DNA from: a virus
Virus record (IMG/VR): IMGVR_UViG_3300025870_000010
Coordinates: 9,561 to 73,560 of that record
Strand: one strand, 5' to 3'
DNA length: 64,000 nucleotides
Every line of letters starts with the position of its first letter. Position 1 is the stretch's first letter. Position numbers and translations under genes: made by a program. This document shows positions 29,312 to 39,341 of this stretch, piece by piece. The notes under the pieces were generated by a model. It ran no database searches, had not been told where the DNA came from, and saw only the letters and a program-made list of their open reading frames with translations.

Positions 29312-30970
29312 TTAACATTCATCTATCAATAATTCACTGAATCCAGCAACTTTATTAACTGCATAAATGTAATCGAACATTTCTTTTGGTAATTCACTGT
29401 GGTTGATTACAAATACTGTCAAATCTAAATCATCTACGACATTCCTAATCAACAATAATACCTCGTGTATTGAGTTGGCATCTAGCGATGCAAGTATCTC
29501 ATCCAGGAATAATAAATTTATATTAGGATAATTTCTTTTCATAATATGAATCAAAGAAATTAATACAGCAAAATCAGCTTTTTTCCTTTCTCCTGTACTA
29601 AGAGTTTTAGGATTAATTTCTTCACCAATAGATATTAGTTTACTATTAAACCTTTCATCAATTTCAACCTTATATGGAAAATGTAACTTTTTACTAATTT
29701 CATTTATAGATTTGTTAAAACTAGGTAAAAAGTTTTTCATTATTTGTAACTTAACCCCATCTTCACCAAATATCTTACTCAATTCTGCATATAGGTATTC
29801 ATCTTTTTTCTTTTCTTGAATGGCAATCAATATCAAATCAATCTTTTCAATAGTATTTTCTAATACAGAATCAAATTCATTTGTTTCTACTTTAGGTTTT
29901 GATAGATTTTCTTGTTTACCTTTTAATTTATCTAGTGCCAATCTTGTTTCATAAATTGTATTACCTAATACTTGTTTCTTTTTATCTATTATAGATTGAA
30001 TACCTTTCAATTTGTCAATGGAAACCTTAACACCTTTTAAATCATTTTCATATTGTAATTTTTCTTCTCTAATCTTTTCTTTATTTTTTGTATGAACATC
30101 GTCTGTCAGATCAGAATTACAAGTAGGACATACATCACTATCATAAACTTTTAACTTGTGATTACAATCTTTAATCTTAAAACTATATTCGTTCTTTGTT
30201 TTAGTTAGTTTAGTCATTTTTTCAAAGGCTAATGATGCTTTACTATCAATGTCTTTTGAATTTTCAACCATTTCTAACATACTTTCAGTTAACGAATTTA
30301 TATTTTCGATAACTTCTTCTAGTTTGTCTGTTATGTCTTTTGATTTTTCTGCATCTAACGATTTTATTTTTTCTTCGATAGTTTTTTTATTTTCCATCAA
30401 AACTCGAACTTGACCACCTAAGTTTCCTATATCAACATTAAAATCTTTTACAAATTCTTTCAATGAATCGTGTATCTTATTGAAGAAAAGAATACCAAAT
30501 ATTTGGTCTAATATCTTTCTTTTGTCAGAGGGCCTCATTGTTAAAAATGATTTGAACTTATCGACTGATATAGAAATAACATTATCAAAAGTCGATTGAG
30601 GTATTTTCATATAATCATTTTCGATTATACCTTGAATGTTACTGTTTCCGGCAACATCTTGAACTACGCCATCAATATAAACTTCCAGTACTTTAGGTGT
30701 TATACCTCTTTCAATTGTAATAGTAGAACCCTTTGCAACTAAGGTAATTTTACCCCATAATGTCTTATTAATTCTATTAGGTAAATCTCCAAGTTTCTTT
30801 TCCTGTACCTTTCCATAAATCAAATATGATATAACTTCTCTAATAGTTGACTTACCATGACCAGATTGTCCTATAAGCATTATCATATTACCTTTCTCAT
30901 TGAATTCTATTTTGGTAATCTTATTTCCGTATGAATTAAAATTTTTGTATTCTAGTTTAATTAATTTCAT
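29312..30970 (-). CDS. Recombination nuclease ATPase subunit (gp46/SbcC/Rad50-like)
   Basis: KNFNSYGN, GQSGHGKST, CPTC zinc hook, LSTGE and LFLDE. Confidence 0.93.
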   Translation of the reverse strand: MKLIKLEYKNFNSYGNKITKIEFNEKGNMIMLIGQSGHGKSTIREVISYLIYGKVQEKKLGDLPNRINKTLWGKITLVAKGSTITIERGITPKVLEVYIDGVVQDVAGNSNIQGIIENDYMKIPQSTFDNVISISVDKFKSFLTMRPSDKRKILDQIFGILFFNKIHDSLKEFVKDFNVDIGNLGGQVRVLMENKKTIEEKIKSLDAEKSKDITDKLEEVIENINSLTESMLEMVENSKDIDSKASLAFEKMTKLTKTKNEYSFKIKDCNHKLKVYDSDVCPTCNSDLTDDVHTKNKEKIREEKLQYENDLKGVKVSIDKLKGIQSIIDKKKQVLGNTIYETRLALDKLKGKQENLSKPKVETNEFDSVLENTIEKIDLILIAIQEKKKDEYLYAELSKIFGEDGVKLQIMKNFLPSFNKSINEISKKLHFPYKVEIDERFNSKLISIGEEINPKTLSTGERKKADFAVLISLIHIMKRNYPNINLLFLDEILASLDANSIHEVLLLIRNVVDDLDLTVFVINHSELPKEMFDYIYAVNKVAGFSELLIDEC

Positions 30971-32019
30971 ATTCCTTTAAATAAATTTTCAAAAATCTTT
31001 CTTGCTTTCTTATTATCTTCTCCTTTAAATCTATTATCAATTTCTTTATTGATAAGTTCTTTTGCGTCTAAAGAAGATGATCCATCGTCAATTTCTCCGT
31101 AATCAGATTCGATAGGAAAAATATTTAGCAGTCTAGCTTTTTCTCCTATCTTATGAAATACCTTTGTCAATTTTGATGAATTTGTAGATAACAATTTTTC
31201 TTTAATGTTTATATCAACAAAGTTATTTTTACTTTGCTCATTGATATCTAATATTTGTTCTTTAGTAATTTCATCAATAGTAAATTGAATAAACTTAGGA
31301 GATATATCATTTTCGTAAAAAGTTTCTTTTCCTGTTTCTAAATCTAAAACAAACATTCCTTTTGAATTACCAGAATCTCCTCTAGTAATTTGATAAGGCG
31401 TTCCTACTACATTAATGTTTCCTTTTTGCTGTGACCAATGGATATGACCAGTATAAACCTTTTTATATCCATCGGCACTTTTAGGATTTGCACCATCGTT
31501 TTTATCAATTTTAACGTACTTATTATATTTGATTAATGAAAATGTTCCGTGCATAAATGCATAATGACAAGAATGTTCTTTTTGATATTTTTGTAAAGTT
31601 TCGGATTCTTCCTTTACATCTTTTTGCCAAGGCATCATCAAAAACTTAATATTATCATGTTCTAAAACATTGACATCTTTATGTACAGTAACATTTGGAA
31701 TATATTTTAGTATATCCAAACTTGATATTTCAGTACTTGTTTTATAATAAATATCGTGATTTCCAGCAATGATATGTACAGGACCAATTTTACTTAGTTC
31801 TTCATATATCTTGATACCTAAATCCATAGATTTAACATTGATAGATGTTCTGTTATCGAAAACATCACCACAATTTATTATGATATCACCTGGTTTGAAA
31901 TGTTTTTTAATAGTTGGAATAATGAATTTAAAATGTGCCTCTTCCATTATATCCATCCATTCTGTTGAATTTGACCTAGCACCTAAATGTGTGTCGGTAA
32001 AAATGAATACTTTTGACAT
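30967..32019 (-). CDS. Recombination nuclease subunit (gp47/SbcD/Mre11-like)
   Basis: DTHLG, GDVFD, GNHD and GHIH metallophosphoesterase motifs. Confidence 0.93.
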   Translation of the reverse strand: MSKVFIFTDTHLGARSNSTEWMDIMEEAHFKFIIPTIKKHFKPGDIIINCGDVFDNRTSINVKSMDLGIKIYEELSKIGPVHIIAGNHDIYYKTSTEISSLDILKYIPNVTVHKDVNVLEHDNIKFLMMPWQKDVKEESETLQKYQKEHSCHYAFMHGTFSLIKYNKYVKIDKNDGANPKSADGYKKVYTGHIHWSQQKGNINVVGTPYQITRGDSGNSKGMFVLDLETGKETFYENDISPKFIQFTIDEITKEQILDINEQSKNNFVDINIKEKLLSTNSSKLTKVFHKIGEKARLLNIFPIESDYGEIDDGSSSLDAKELINKEIDNRFKGEDNKKARKIFENLFKGI

Positions 32020-32020
32020 A

Positions 32021-32497
32021 TTAGAAAAGTTTATTATCTTTGTAAAGTTTAGCGTGTTTTAGTTCATCTAACAATTCTCCTTTAAATTTAATAGAAAGGT
32101 TTTTGTAGAAATACTTAGTTTCCTTTTCGTTTAGATTGATATAATCAGTAATTAGGGCAAACATTTCTATCTTTGTTAATCTGGATAAATGTGTGTTTGT
32201 CTTTAAAAGAATCATACAATATGCATAAATCTTATTAACCTTTTCAATAGGTAAGTTTATAGTTCTTTCTAATGGAATATCATCAATTATTTGTTTTATT
32301 GTTTCATTTTCTTGTATTGATATTTCCATTTCTTCTAAATCCATCTTTTTACTTACGGATTCTTGTGAATTGTTCGAATACATTTTACTACCAGTATCTG
32401 GTTCGAATGATATTGCAGTAGTATTCATTTCACCACTTAAATATCTTTCTTGTAGATAGTAGTTTGTTTGTTTATTTGATTTCTTATCTTCTGACAT
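32021..32497 (-). CDS. Hypothetical protein, possibly gp33-like late co-activator
   Basis: The helical C-terminus only weakly resembles gp33. Confidence 0.35.
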   Translation of the reverse strand: MSEDKKSNKQTNYYLQERYLSGEMNTTAISFEPDTGSKMYSNNSQESVSKKMDLEEMEISIQENETIKQIIDDIPLERTINLPIEKVNKIYAYCMILLKTNTHLSRLTKIEMFALITDYINLNEKETKYFYKNLSIKFKGELLDELKHAKLYKDNKLF

Positions 32498-32545
32498 ATA
32501 TGTTTTTAATTATACTTATTAAATGGCTTTTTTTGCTTAAATATT

Positions 32546-33448
32546 TTAAATCTCTTCATCAAAGATTACAGTATTATACATCTTTTTAACTTTATATTGA
32601 CTAATGTTTAGTTTTTCTGATGCTTCTTTGATTGACTTATAATTAATGCCATCTATTGTTACTTTTGTTCCGTTGTTTGGTTTGTAGCCATTTAACTCTA
32701 ATATCAAAGGAGATTCTGAAATCGTATATTTTTTAGATTTAATGATTTTACTAAATGTCGGTTTCGAAATATTAAGATTCGCATAGGCCTCTTTAATTGA
32801 TTCATATTCTTTACCATCTACTATTATTTTTTGAGTATTGTGTGGTAATATTCCAGTAGTAACCCCAATTAATTCGCCAGTTGTTATTCTTTCATCATTT
32901 ATATGAACTAGTTCAGTTTCTCCTGTTATCGAATTTTTCATAGTAGTTTTTCCTTTATTGATTCCGAATAGGTTTTTATTACTATCAAATTCAGATTTTT
33001 CTACTTGCATTATTTCACCTAATACATTAATACAAACTACTTTACCTTTAGTAGTCGTTTTTGCAGGAACGCCAGTTTTTGTATCTGATATTTTCTTTTT
33101 GGTTTCATCTGAATGGCAAAAATATCCATTATCGTCAACATCAAATATATTATACCCATCTTGATAATACATACATTCATTTTCTTTGATGTGTAAAGTT
33201 TCTCGCTGTCTTAGAATGTTAATATCCTCCACATATTCCAAAATACTAAATGTAAACATAGAATCTTTTTTATTGTATGCATTTTGAAAATATCCTGTGT
33301 GATTATTGTTTCGTAACATTGAACAATGGGAATTAAATCTTCTTTTAATATTATTGGTACTTCCTATATATTTCTTACCATTTATATTTTCAAAAACATA
33401 AACCCCCATTTTATCCCATTCAATATTATCAGTTTTAGTAATTTTCAT
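32546..33448 (-). mobile_element. Free-standing GIY-YIG homing endonuclease
   Basis: GVYVF...KYIGST..RRFNSH, GYN, NUMOD3-like HSDETKKKIS and two NUMOD1-like YxSIKEA repeats. Confidence 0.88.
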
Positions 33449-33502
33449 TTTAAAGTTTTTCTTTATTTAATCAAAAACTTTTCAAACTGTTTACCTCATC
33501 GT

Positions 33503-34807
33503 CTATACCTCATCGTCAAGAATAATTGTGTTGGTCTCTTGAAGTCTCATATAGTCATAGTCTATGTTTATTTTACACTTCATATTTTTTCCGGTCCCAT
33601 CTCTTACCTTCAAAAGCTTCAACCAATAGTAATTATCTAAATTCATTTCTGGTGTTTGAATGATTGCTAAAATAGTATCACAAGTTGCGGCCAATCCGGC
33701 TGATTCTGCAATCATTCCCATATTGATGTTTGATGATTCGAATCCAGCTCTATTCGTCTGTGTTGCACTTAACATTACTACATTTCTTCTTTGAGCAACA
33801 GCTCTTAAATCTTCACAAATGTTTTTAATCTTGATATATGTTGATTCAGAATTAGGATTTTTAATATCTTTCATAATATTAATATAATCAACTAATATTA
33901 CATCATATGTTATTCCTACAACATCTTGAATTTTACCGATAAAATTATCAATGTCATCAGCCGTTGCATTACTTGTTTCGTAATTTTTAACAGTCAAAGC
34001 ACCTGGTGTAACTATATTACTATTCTTAAAATCTTGAATCTTTTGTTTCATAAAAGTTTCATCTAAAGATTTCTTATCATATGCGTTTACATTCATATTG
34101 AATATATCAGCACCGATTCTTTTATGTACCTTTTGACCTCCCATTTCAAGTGATATAAACAATACGTTTTTACCAGCTTTACAATAATTTGAAGCATCTT
34201 GTGCTAAGAATAAAGACTTTCCTGTGTTCGGTGGTGCAACATAAACATTCAATGTACCTTTAGAATGACCACCTACGTTCTTATCAATGAAATCGTAATT
34301 AGAACTTAGCAAGTCTTCTGCGGACATTACGTGCGATTTAGTATCAAAAAAGTCTGTACCTAAATCATCGTCAAATGTGATGTTGTTTCTACCGTTTATT
34401 AAGTTCTTAACCGAATCGACAATAGTACCTACGTTTTCTGGTGTTACCTTTGCAGTATTAATATATTCTACGGTATCAACAATAGAAGAATCTAAATGTT
34501 TCCATCTAATCCAGGATTGTGCAGTTTCTTCTACCCAACTGATATCATATTCTTTTATATCTTTCTTAAAGATTTCATCAAAGAATATTTTAGGACATCT
34601 TTCTTCCAGTTCTCCGGTTGAAATAAGCATCCATAAGTTTTCTTTGGATGGGGATATTTTATATTTTTTGTAATATCTTTTTGATAAAGTTGACAGTAAA
34701 TCTATTTCTGGTACAGAAAAGAAACCTCTTTCAGTTGGTTCTAAGTAGACCGGATTTTCTAATGCGAATAGTAAAAATATCTTTTCGAATTCGTTTGTAT
34801 TTATCAT
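33503..34807 (-). CDS. Replicative DnaB-like helicase (gp41-like)
   Basis: APPNTGKS, FISLEM, LVDYINIM, SATQTNR, AESAG and KVRDG. Confidence 0.93.
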   Translation of the reverse strand: MINTNEFEKIFLLFALENPVYLEPTERGFFSVPEIDLLSTLSKRYYKKYKISPSKENLWMLISTGELEERCPKIFFDEIFKKDIKEYDISWVEETAQSWIRWKHLDSSIVDTVEYINTAKVTPENVGTIVDSVKNLINGRNNITFDDDLGTDFFDTKSHVMSAEDLLSSNYDFIDKNVGGHSKGTLNVYVAPPNTGKSLFLAQDASNYCKAGKNVLFISLEMGGQKVHKRIGADIFNMNVNAYDKKSLDETFMKQKIQDFKNSNIVTPGALTVKNYETSNATADDIDNFIGKIQDVVGITYDVILVDYINIMKDIKNPNSESTYIKIKNICEDLRAVAQRRNVVMLSATQTNRAGFESSNINMGMIAESAGLAATCDTILAIIQTPEMNLDNYYWLKLLKVRDGTGKNMKCKINIDYDYMRLQETNTIILDDEV

Positions 34808-34886
34808 ATAGTTTTATTTGTATATTACAACAAAAAAAGGACTAAATAATTTTAGCCCTTTTCAATTAATTTATGTTTGTATGATT

Positions 34887-35276
34887 CTATTCCATTATTC
34901 CTTTTACATCAAATCCTGGAAGAGCTTTCTTTGCAAATTCATCAAATACGAATAAAATATCATACCCATCCCATTTCAACATTTTTGCATATCCTATACC
35001 TCTTTCTCTAAGACTTTTATCCCAATATTCTTTATTGCCGACCATCCTATCATCCAATTTGGCCTTTGGAAAAATAGAATCTAATAATCCAGCTTCTGAA
35101 CTAAAGTTTGCGTCTATCAATGCAGCTTTCAATATTGCTTTAAATGAATATTGTAAATCGGGTGATCCTTTTTCTTCACCGGATAAATAAGATTCTAAGT
35201 CAGACAAAACTTTTTTACTATTTCTAGCTTCGTTTAAAGATTCGTTTTCTGTTAAGAAATGTTTTAAGTTATTCAT
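34887..35276 (-). CDS. Putative internal head protein with capsid-targeting-like tag
   Basis: N-terminus MNNLKHFLTENESLNE. Confidence 0.62.
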   Translation of the reverse strand: MNNLKHFLTENESLNEARNSKKVLSDLESYLSGEEKGSPDLQYSFKAILKAALIDANFSSEAGLLDSIFPKAKLDDRMVGNKEYWDKSLRERGIGYAKMLKWDGYDILFVFDEFAKKALPGFDVKGIME

Positions 35277-35293
35277 ATTTATATTTTTATTTT

Positions 35294-35665
35294 TTAATCT
35301 AATGAACCGAATTTACCTTTACCCATACTATCAGCAAAATCTCTTGAACCTTGAGATTCTAATTTAATATAGTAAGAATCTGTTGCCTTTCCACCTCTAC
35401 CAAAATAAGATTTTAAAAGAAAAGTATCAATCGTTTTTGCTTTTTTATCTTTAAGAGTTTCTTTTAGTGTCTTTTCAACTTCCTTTCTCCAATTTTTATC
35501 GGCAGGGTCAATTTTAATACTTTGACTTGCAAATGCTTTTAAATCGGTAGGTACACTTATTGATGAAATTGTATCCGGTAATTTATTAATTGCTTTAAGT
35601 AAATCTTTTAAAGATTTACCTTCGGATTCAAATCCTTCGTTTAAAAATTCGTTTAATGCTTTCAT
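35294..35665 (-). CDS. Putative internal head protein with capsid-targeting-like tag
   Basis: N-terminus MKALNEFLNE. Confidence 0.7.
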   Translation of the reverse strand: MKALNEFLNEGFESEGKSLKDLLKAINKLPDTISSISVPTDLKAFASQSIKIDPADKNWRKEVEKTLKETLKDKKAKTIDTFLLKSYFGRGGKATDSYYIKLESQGSRDFADSMGKGKFGSLD

Positions 35666-35669
35666 ATCT

Positions 35670-35972
35670 TTATAACTTATTTACTATTTGCTTTTCGAAT
35701 TTGCTTCTACTTATAGAAAAAACCAATCCAGCTCGTGAATTATTTTTTTCATATTTAAAAGCTAATCCTGTTTGAATTTTGATTCGATATTCTATATCAT
35801 CTATTTGTTCTTCTTTGTCTGCGATGACCATATCCAAATCTTTAGATGTTTTAGGTAAATATTGAAGTACAATATCATTTCTACCACTAGTATCCATAGT
35901 AATTATATAAGTAATCCCACCGTATATATATGTTTTCATCTTTTCGTTTAAAAAATTGTTTAATTGTTTCAT
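35670..35972 (-). CDS. Putative internal head protein with capsid-targeting-like tag
   Basis: N-terminus MKQLNNFLNE; late motif at 35977-35985. Confidence 0.68.
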   Translation of the reverse strand: MKQLNNFLNEKMKTYIYGGITYIITMDTSGRNDIVLQYLPKTSKDLDMVIADKEEQIDDIEYRIKIQTGLAFKYEKNNSRAGLVFSISRSKFEKQIVNKL

Positions 35973-36070
35973 AGACTATTTAATGCATTTACAATATACA
36001 TAGAAAAACCCACAAATCAAAGGAAATGTGGGTTTATTTTTAATCTATTTTACAAACTAATAGTTTGTTT

Positions 36071-37288
36071 TTAATCTTCATCTTCTACATCTGTGTGAAG
36101 TATTTCTTCAATTTCATCATCGGTTTCTTGTGAACTAAATTCAAAGTCTTTTTTGATGAGTTCATCGAAACGGTCTTCTAGGGGTTGCATTACTCTTTCA
36201 GTAAACAATTCTCTAGTATCAATTGCTTCACCTAAATGTTCAACAATATATTTTCTTGCTGTTTCTTTAGGTGCAAAATACATAACCTCTTCGCTATCAG
36301 TAGGTGTAAATATTTTTACCTTTTCTTTTGCAGCTCCTGTAAGTTTATTGTATTCTTTTTCTGTTAGTAAGTTTCCTTTTGCAATACCTACATTATCCCA
36401 TCCTAAATAATCTTGAACACCCATATAACGATTAAATGGTCTATCAAAGAAAATAGGGAACTTGATTGTTTTTGGTTGAGCAAATCTATTCTTTCCAGTT
36501 TTAGCTGTTACAATAACACCAGTTTGTCTTTTTTCATCTTTCTTATCATCTTTAAGTTTTGCTTTAGTTAGATACAAGGTGATACTTGGTGAATAAACAA
36601 CTCCTCCTCCACCACCTTGAACAACCGGGTCTCCATAACCACCAATGTTTACCATTGTATGATTTGTAAATATCATTGGAATACCTAACGAATTCAAATC
36701 AGAAGTGATGATTCTAAAGAAAGAACGAATTTGTTTTGCTCTGGTCATGTCTGCAGCACTGTTTCCTGTTCTTGCATCTTCGATTTCTTTTGATGACGCA
36801 ACCATTCCTATTGAATCAAGAACTAATAAAAACTTAGGAATTTTTTGACCTTTCAATTTTAATGCTGTTAGATTCTTAATGAAAATAGCATACATTGTTT
36901 TCAACTTTTCGATTTCTGAAACGGGTTCGTGTCTAAAGTTTTTCAAATCAATTCCAAAATTTATACAACTTTGTGGGTCAACTGCCCCTTCAGTATCGTA
37001 GTAAATTGGTGTATATCCGGCTAATTGTGCATTCCTTACAGCATTAAGTGTTAAGAATGTTTTACCAGACCCTGATTCTCCAACTAAAGATGTTTGCTTA
37101 GTACTTGGAAATCCTTTTTTAATAGAACCACTTAGGGCTGCATTTAAAATCCAATTACCAGAATCAATCCAAACATTGTTTTTATAAATTTCAGATTGAC
37201 CAAAATTACTACTACCAAAAGGATTAATTTCGCCAAGTTCTTTGAAAATATCATCGACTGAACTATGTTTTTTACTTGCTTTTGCCAT
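36071..37288 (-). CDS. uvsX: RecA-like recombinase
   Basis: IDSGNWILN, GESGSGKT, YDTEGA, LDSIG, DMTRAK, TNHT and GGGG. Confidence 0.92.
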   Translation of the reverse strand: MAKASKKHSSVDDIFKELGEINPFGSSNFGQSEIYKNNVWIDSGNWILNAALSGSIKKGFPSTKQTSLVGESGSGKTFLTLNAVRNAQLAGYTPIYYDTEGAVDPQSCINFGIDLKNFRHEPVSEIEKLKTMYAIFIKNLTALKLKGQKIPKFLLVLDSIGMVASSKEIEDARTGNSAADMTRAKQIRSFFRIITSDLNSLGIPMIFTNHTMVNIGGYGDPVVQGGGGGVVYSPSITLYLTKAKLKDDKKDEKRQTGVIVTAKTGKNRFAQPKTIKFPIFFDRPFNRYMGVQDYLGWDNVGIAKGNLLTEKEYNKLTGAAKEKVKIFTPTDSEEVMYFAPKETARKYIVEHLGEAIDTRELFTERVMQPLEDRFDELIKKDFEFSSQETDDEIEEILHTDVEDED

Positions 37289-37301
37289 ATTATAAATTAT
37301 T

Positions 37302-38522
37302 TTAAAATAAACGTTTTTTAATTTTCAACGAACCTGATAATGCATTTATACCAGGCATCGACTGAATAATATTGTTCAATGGATTAATAACTGTTTTTTC
37401 GAACATTAAATCAATATCAATTTCAGGTGCAAATTCTTTAGGATGCGCTCCTCTATTGAAAGAAAATACATTATATGCTTCCTTGTGCGATTTTGCATAA
37501 TACCATTTAACCTTATCTCCGGTTCTAAGTCTTTCGTACTTATTTTCAAAAGATGGATTGTTGTTAATAAACATATTGTGAATTGCGGCACCTCTAACAT
37601 GTGTACTACAACCACTTGCATAATTTAAACTTTCTTTATCGTCTAAAATATATTTTTCGTAATCACCTATTCCTGTTGTAATGCAAATATCTTCTAAGTC
37701 AGCAATTGCAAATCTTTTTTTCAATTTCAATAATTCAATAGTAATATCTCTTTGTGTGAAATTTTTACCATTGTCGAATATCCATTGAACTAACCTTGAC
37801 AGTTCCGGTCTACAAAAAGGTGGCGTTGTTAAACGAATAATTTCAAGTCCTGTCGTTTTTGTATAAGTTCCTGGTTCGTAGAACTTGCCATCTTGCCAAA
37901 CAATATCTTGCGTATACTTTTTTTTCTTAACCCAAATACCAGATTTACTTATAGTTTCTAATTCAAAATCTAAATGATTTTCGGTATTGTACGACTGTGC
38001 ATATTTATCAAATACCTTTTTTAGATATCCTTTTAATCTAACTTCATTTATTGTTAATACTAAATCTGCAGCCGAACCTGTCCAATTTATTTTTTCTGCA
38101 GCTTCTTCAAATGTAACGTATGCAGAATCCGTATCTATATAAACAACAGTAGGTTTTACACAAGGAACTGGTTCTAAGTTTACATCAGGACACATATCTT
38201 TTAGTTTTTTCAAAAGAGTAATATCCTTATGAAACATTTTATGAAAGTAAGTATCTAATGCCTTTTCAGAATATCTAATTGCATCTTGACCTTGCATAGT
38301 AATAGTTTCAGCAAGTGTTTTATTATAGAAATAAAAATACTTACTGGCCATTGCACCGTATATAGAATTCAATACTAATTTATCGGATTGTTCTAGTGTT
38401 GAATATATACTTGCTTCATCTTGCAATTGAGATAGTGCCGAATCTGTTTCAGATGGAGATAGAGAACTCCAATCGAAATTCTCTATCTCTTCTGTTGACA
38501 TATTTTGAATATTTGCTGTCAT
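37302..38522 (-). CDS. Family B DNA polymerase, C-terminal subunit (gp43B-like)
   Basis: KLVLNSIYG (motif B), YIDTDS (motif C), KKKY and TGLEI. Confidence 0.92.
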   Translation of the reverse strand: MTANIQNMSTEEIENFDWSSLSPSETDSALSQLQDEASIYSTLEQSDKLVLNSIYGAMASKYFYFYNKTLAETITMQGQDAIRYSEKALDTYFHKMFHKDITLLKKLKDMCPDVNLEPVPCVKPTVVYIDTDSAYVTFEEAAEKINWTGSAADLVLTINEVRLKGYLKKVFDKYAQSYNTENHLDFELETISKSGIWVKKKKYTQDIVWQDGKFYEPGTYTKTTGLEIIRLTTPPFCRPELSRLVQWIFDNGKNFTQRDITIELLKLKKRFAIADLEDICITTGIGDYEKYILDDKESLNYASGCSTHVRGAAIHNMFINNNPSFENKYERLRTGDKVKWYYAKSHKEAYNVFSFNRGAHPKEFAPEIDIDLMFEKTVINPLNNIIQSMPGINALSGSLKIKKRLF

Positions 38523-39310
38523 TAAAGTTCAACTTCTTCATGTAAAGTAATAACTACTTCCATAGTTTTATCGACAGTTTCAAAGATAATCTTATCTTCA
38601 TCTAAGATTGGATAAACATTATATGAATTTGCATCAACAGCTCTGAATAATTTCTTATCTAACTTGTATGATTTTTCTCCACCACCAACAAGACCTTCGA
38701 ATTCTTCATCTATATCAATAGAATATGAACCTTCTGAACAAACCTTTACTTGACCGTTAACTTTAAATTCTAATTCATCACTTGAATCAAAATCCATAAA
38801 TTTCTTAACTTGCAAGATTTCGTTTGCAGTCATTTTAAAGTTACAATCAGAAGCTGAAGTATCTTTTACTTGTGCAATCTTTTCTTCTGGAACATTTGCG
38901 AACTCAAAAAGTGTTGGGTCTGCAGCATCTAAAGTTAATGAAATTTTAGGACTGGAAACTTTCATACTTTCTCCAAAGTATTCACCATCTAATTCAGAAT
39001 ACACAATTTCGATTTTAATTTCGCCACCACTTAAAAAACTAAATGCTTTCTTTACTTTGTTACCATCGTAAAAACAAAGTTTAATAGGTGATGATAAATT
39101 TTCATTATCTAAATTTGATTCGCCACATAATTCGCCTATTTGCATTCTCATACTTTTGATAAGAGTTCCTGATGAATTGTGTGCATCGGTTCTGATTCCT
39201 TCTTGGTCTATTTTAAAATAAATAGTTGAGGCGTCATCTAAAGGAATTAACGAATCTATAAAGTTATTGAACTTTACTAAATCTACGGTTTTTAATACTA
39301 CTTTTTTCAT
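38522..39310 (-). CDS. Sliding clamp (gp45-like)
   Basis: Acidic 262-aa protein with a beta/alpha pattern, an AADP motif, and replisome context. Confidence 0.65.
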   Translation of the reverse strand: MKKVVLKTVDLVKFNNFIDSLIPLDDASTIYFKIDQEGIRTDAHNSSGTLIKSMRMQIGELCGESNLDNENLSSPIKLCFYDGNKVKKAFSFLSGGEIKIEIVYSELDGEYFGESMKVSSPKISLTLDAADPTLFEFANVPEEKIAQVKDTSASDCNFKMTANEILQVKKFMDFDSSDELEFKVNGQVKVCSEGSYSIDIDEEFEGLVGGGEKSYKLDKKLFRAVDANSYNVYPILDEDKIIFETVDKTMEVVITLHEEVEL

Positions 39311-39341
39311 GCTAAATGTATTTGTTTATAGTTAAATGTAA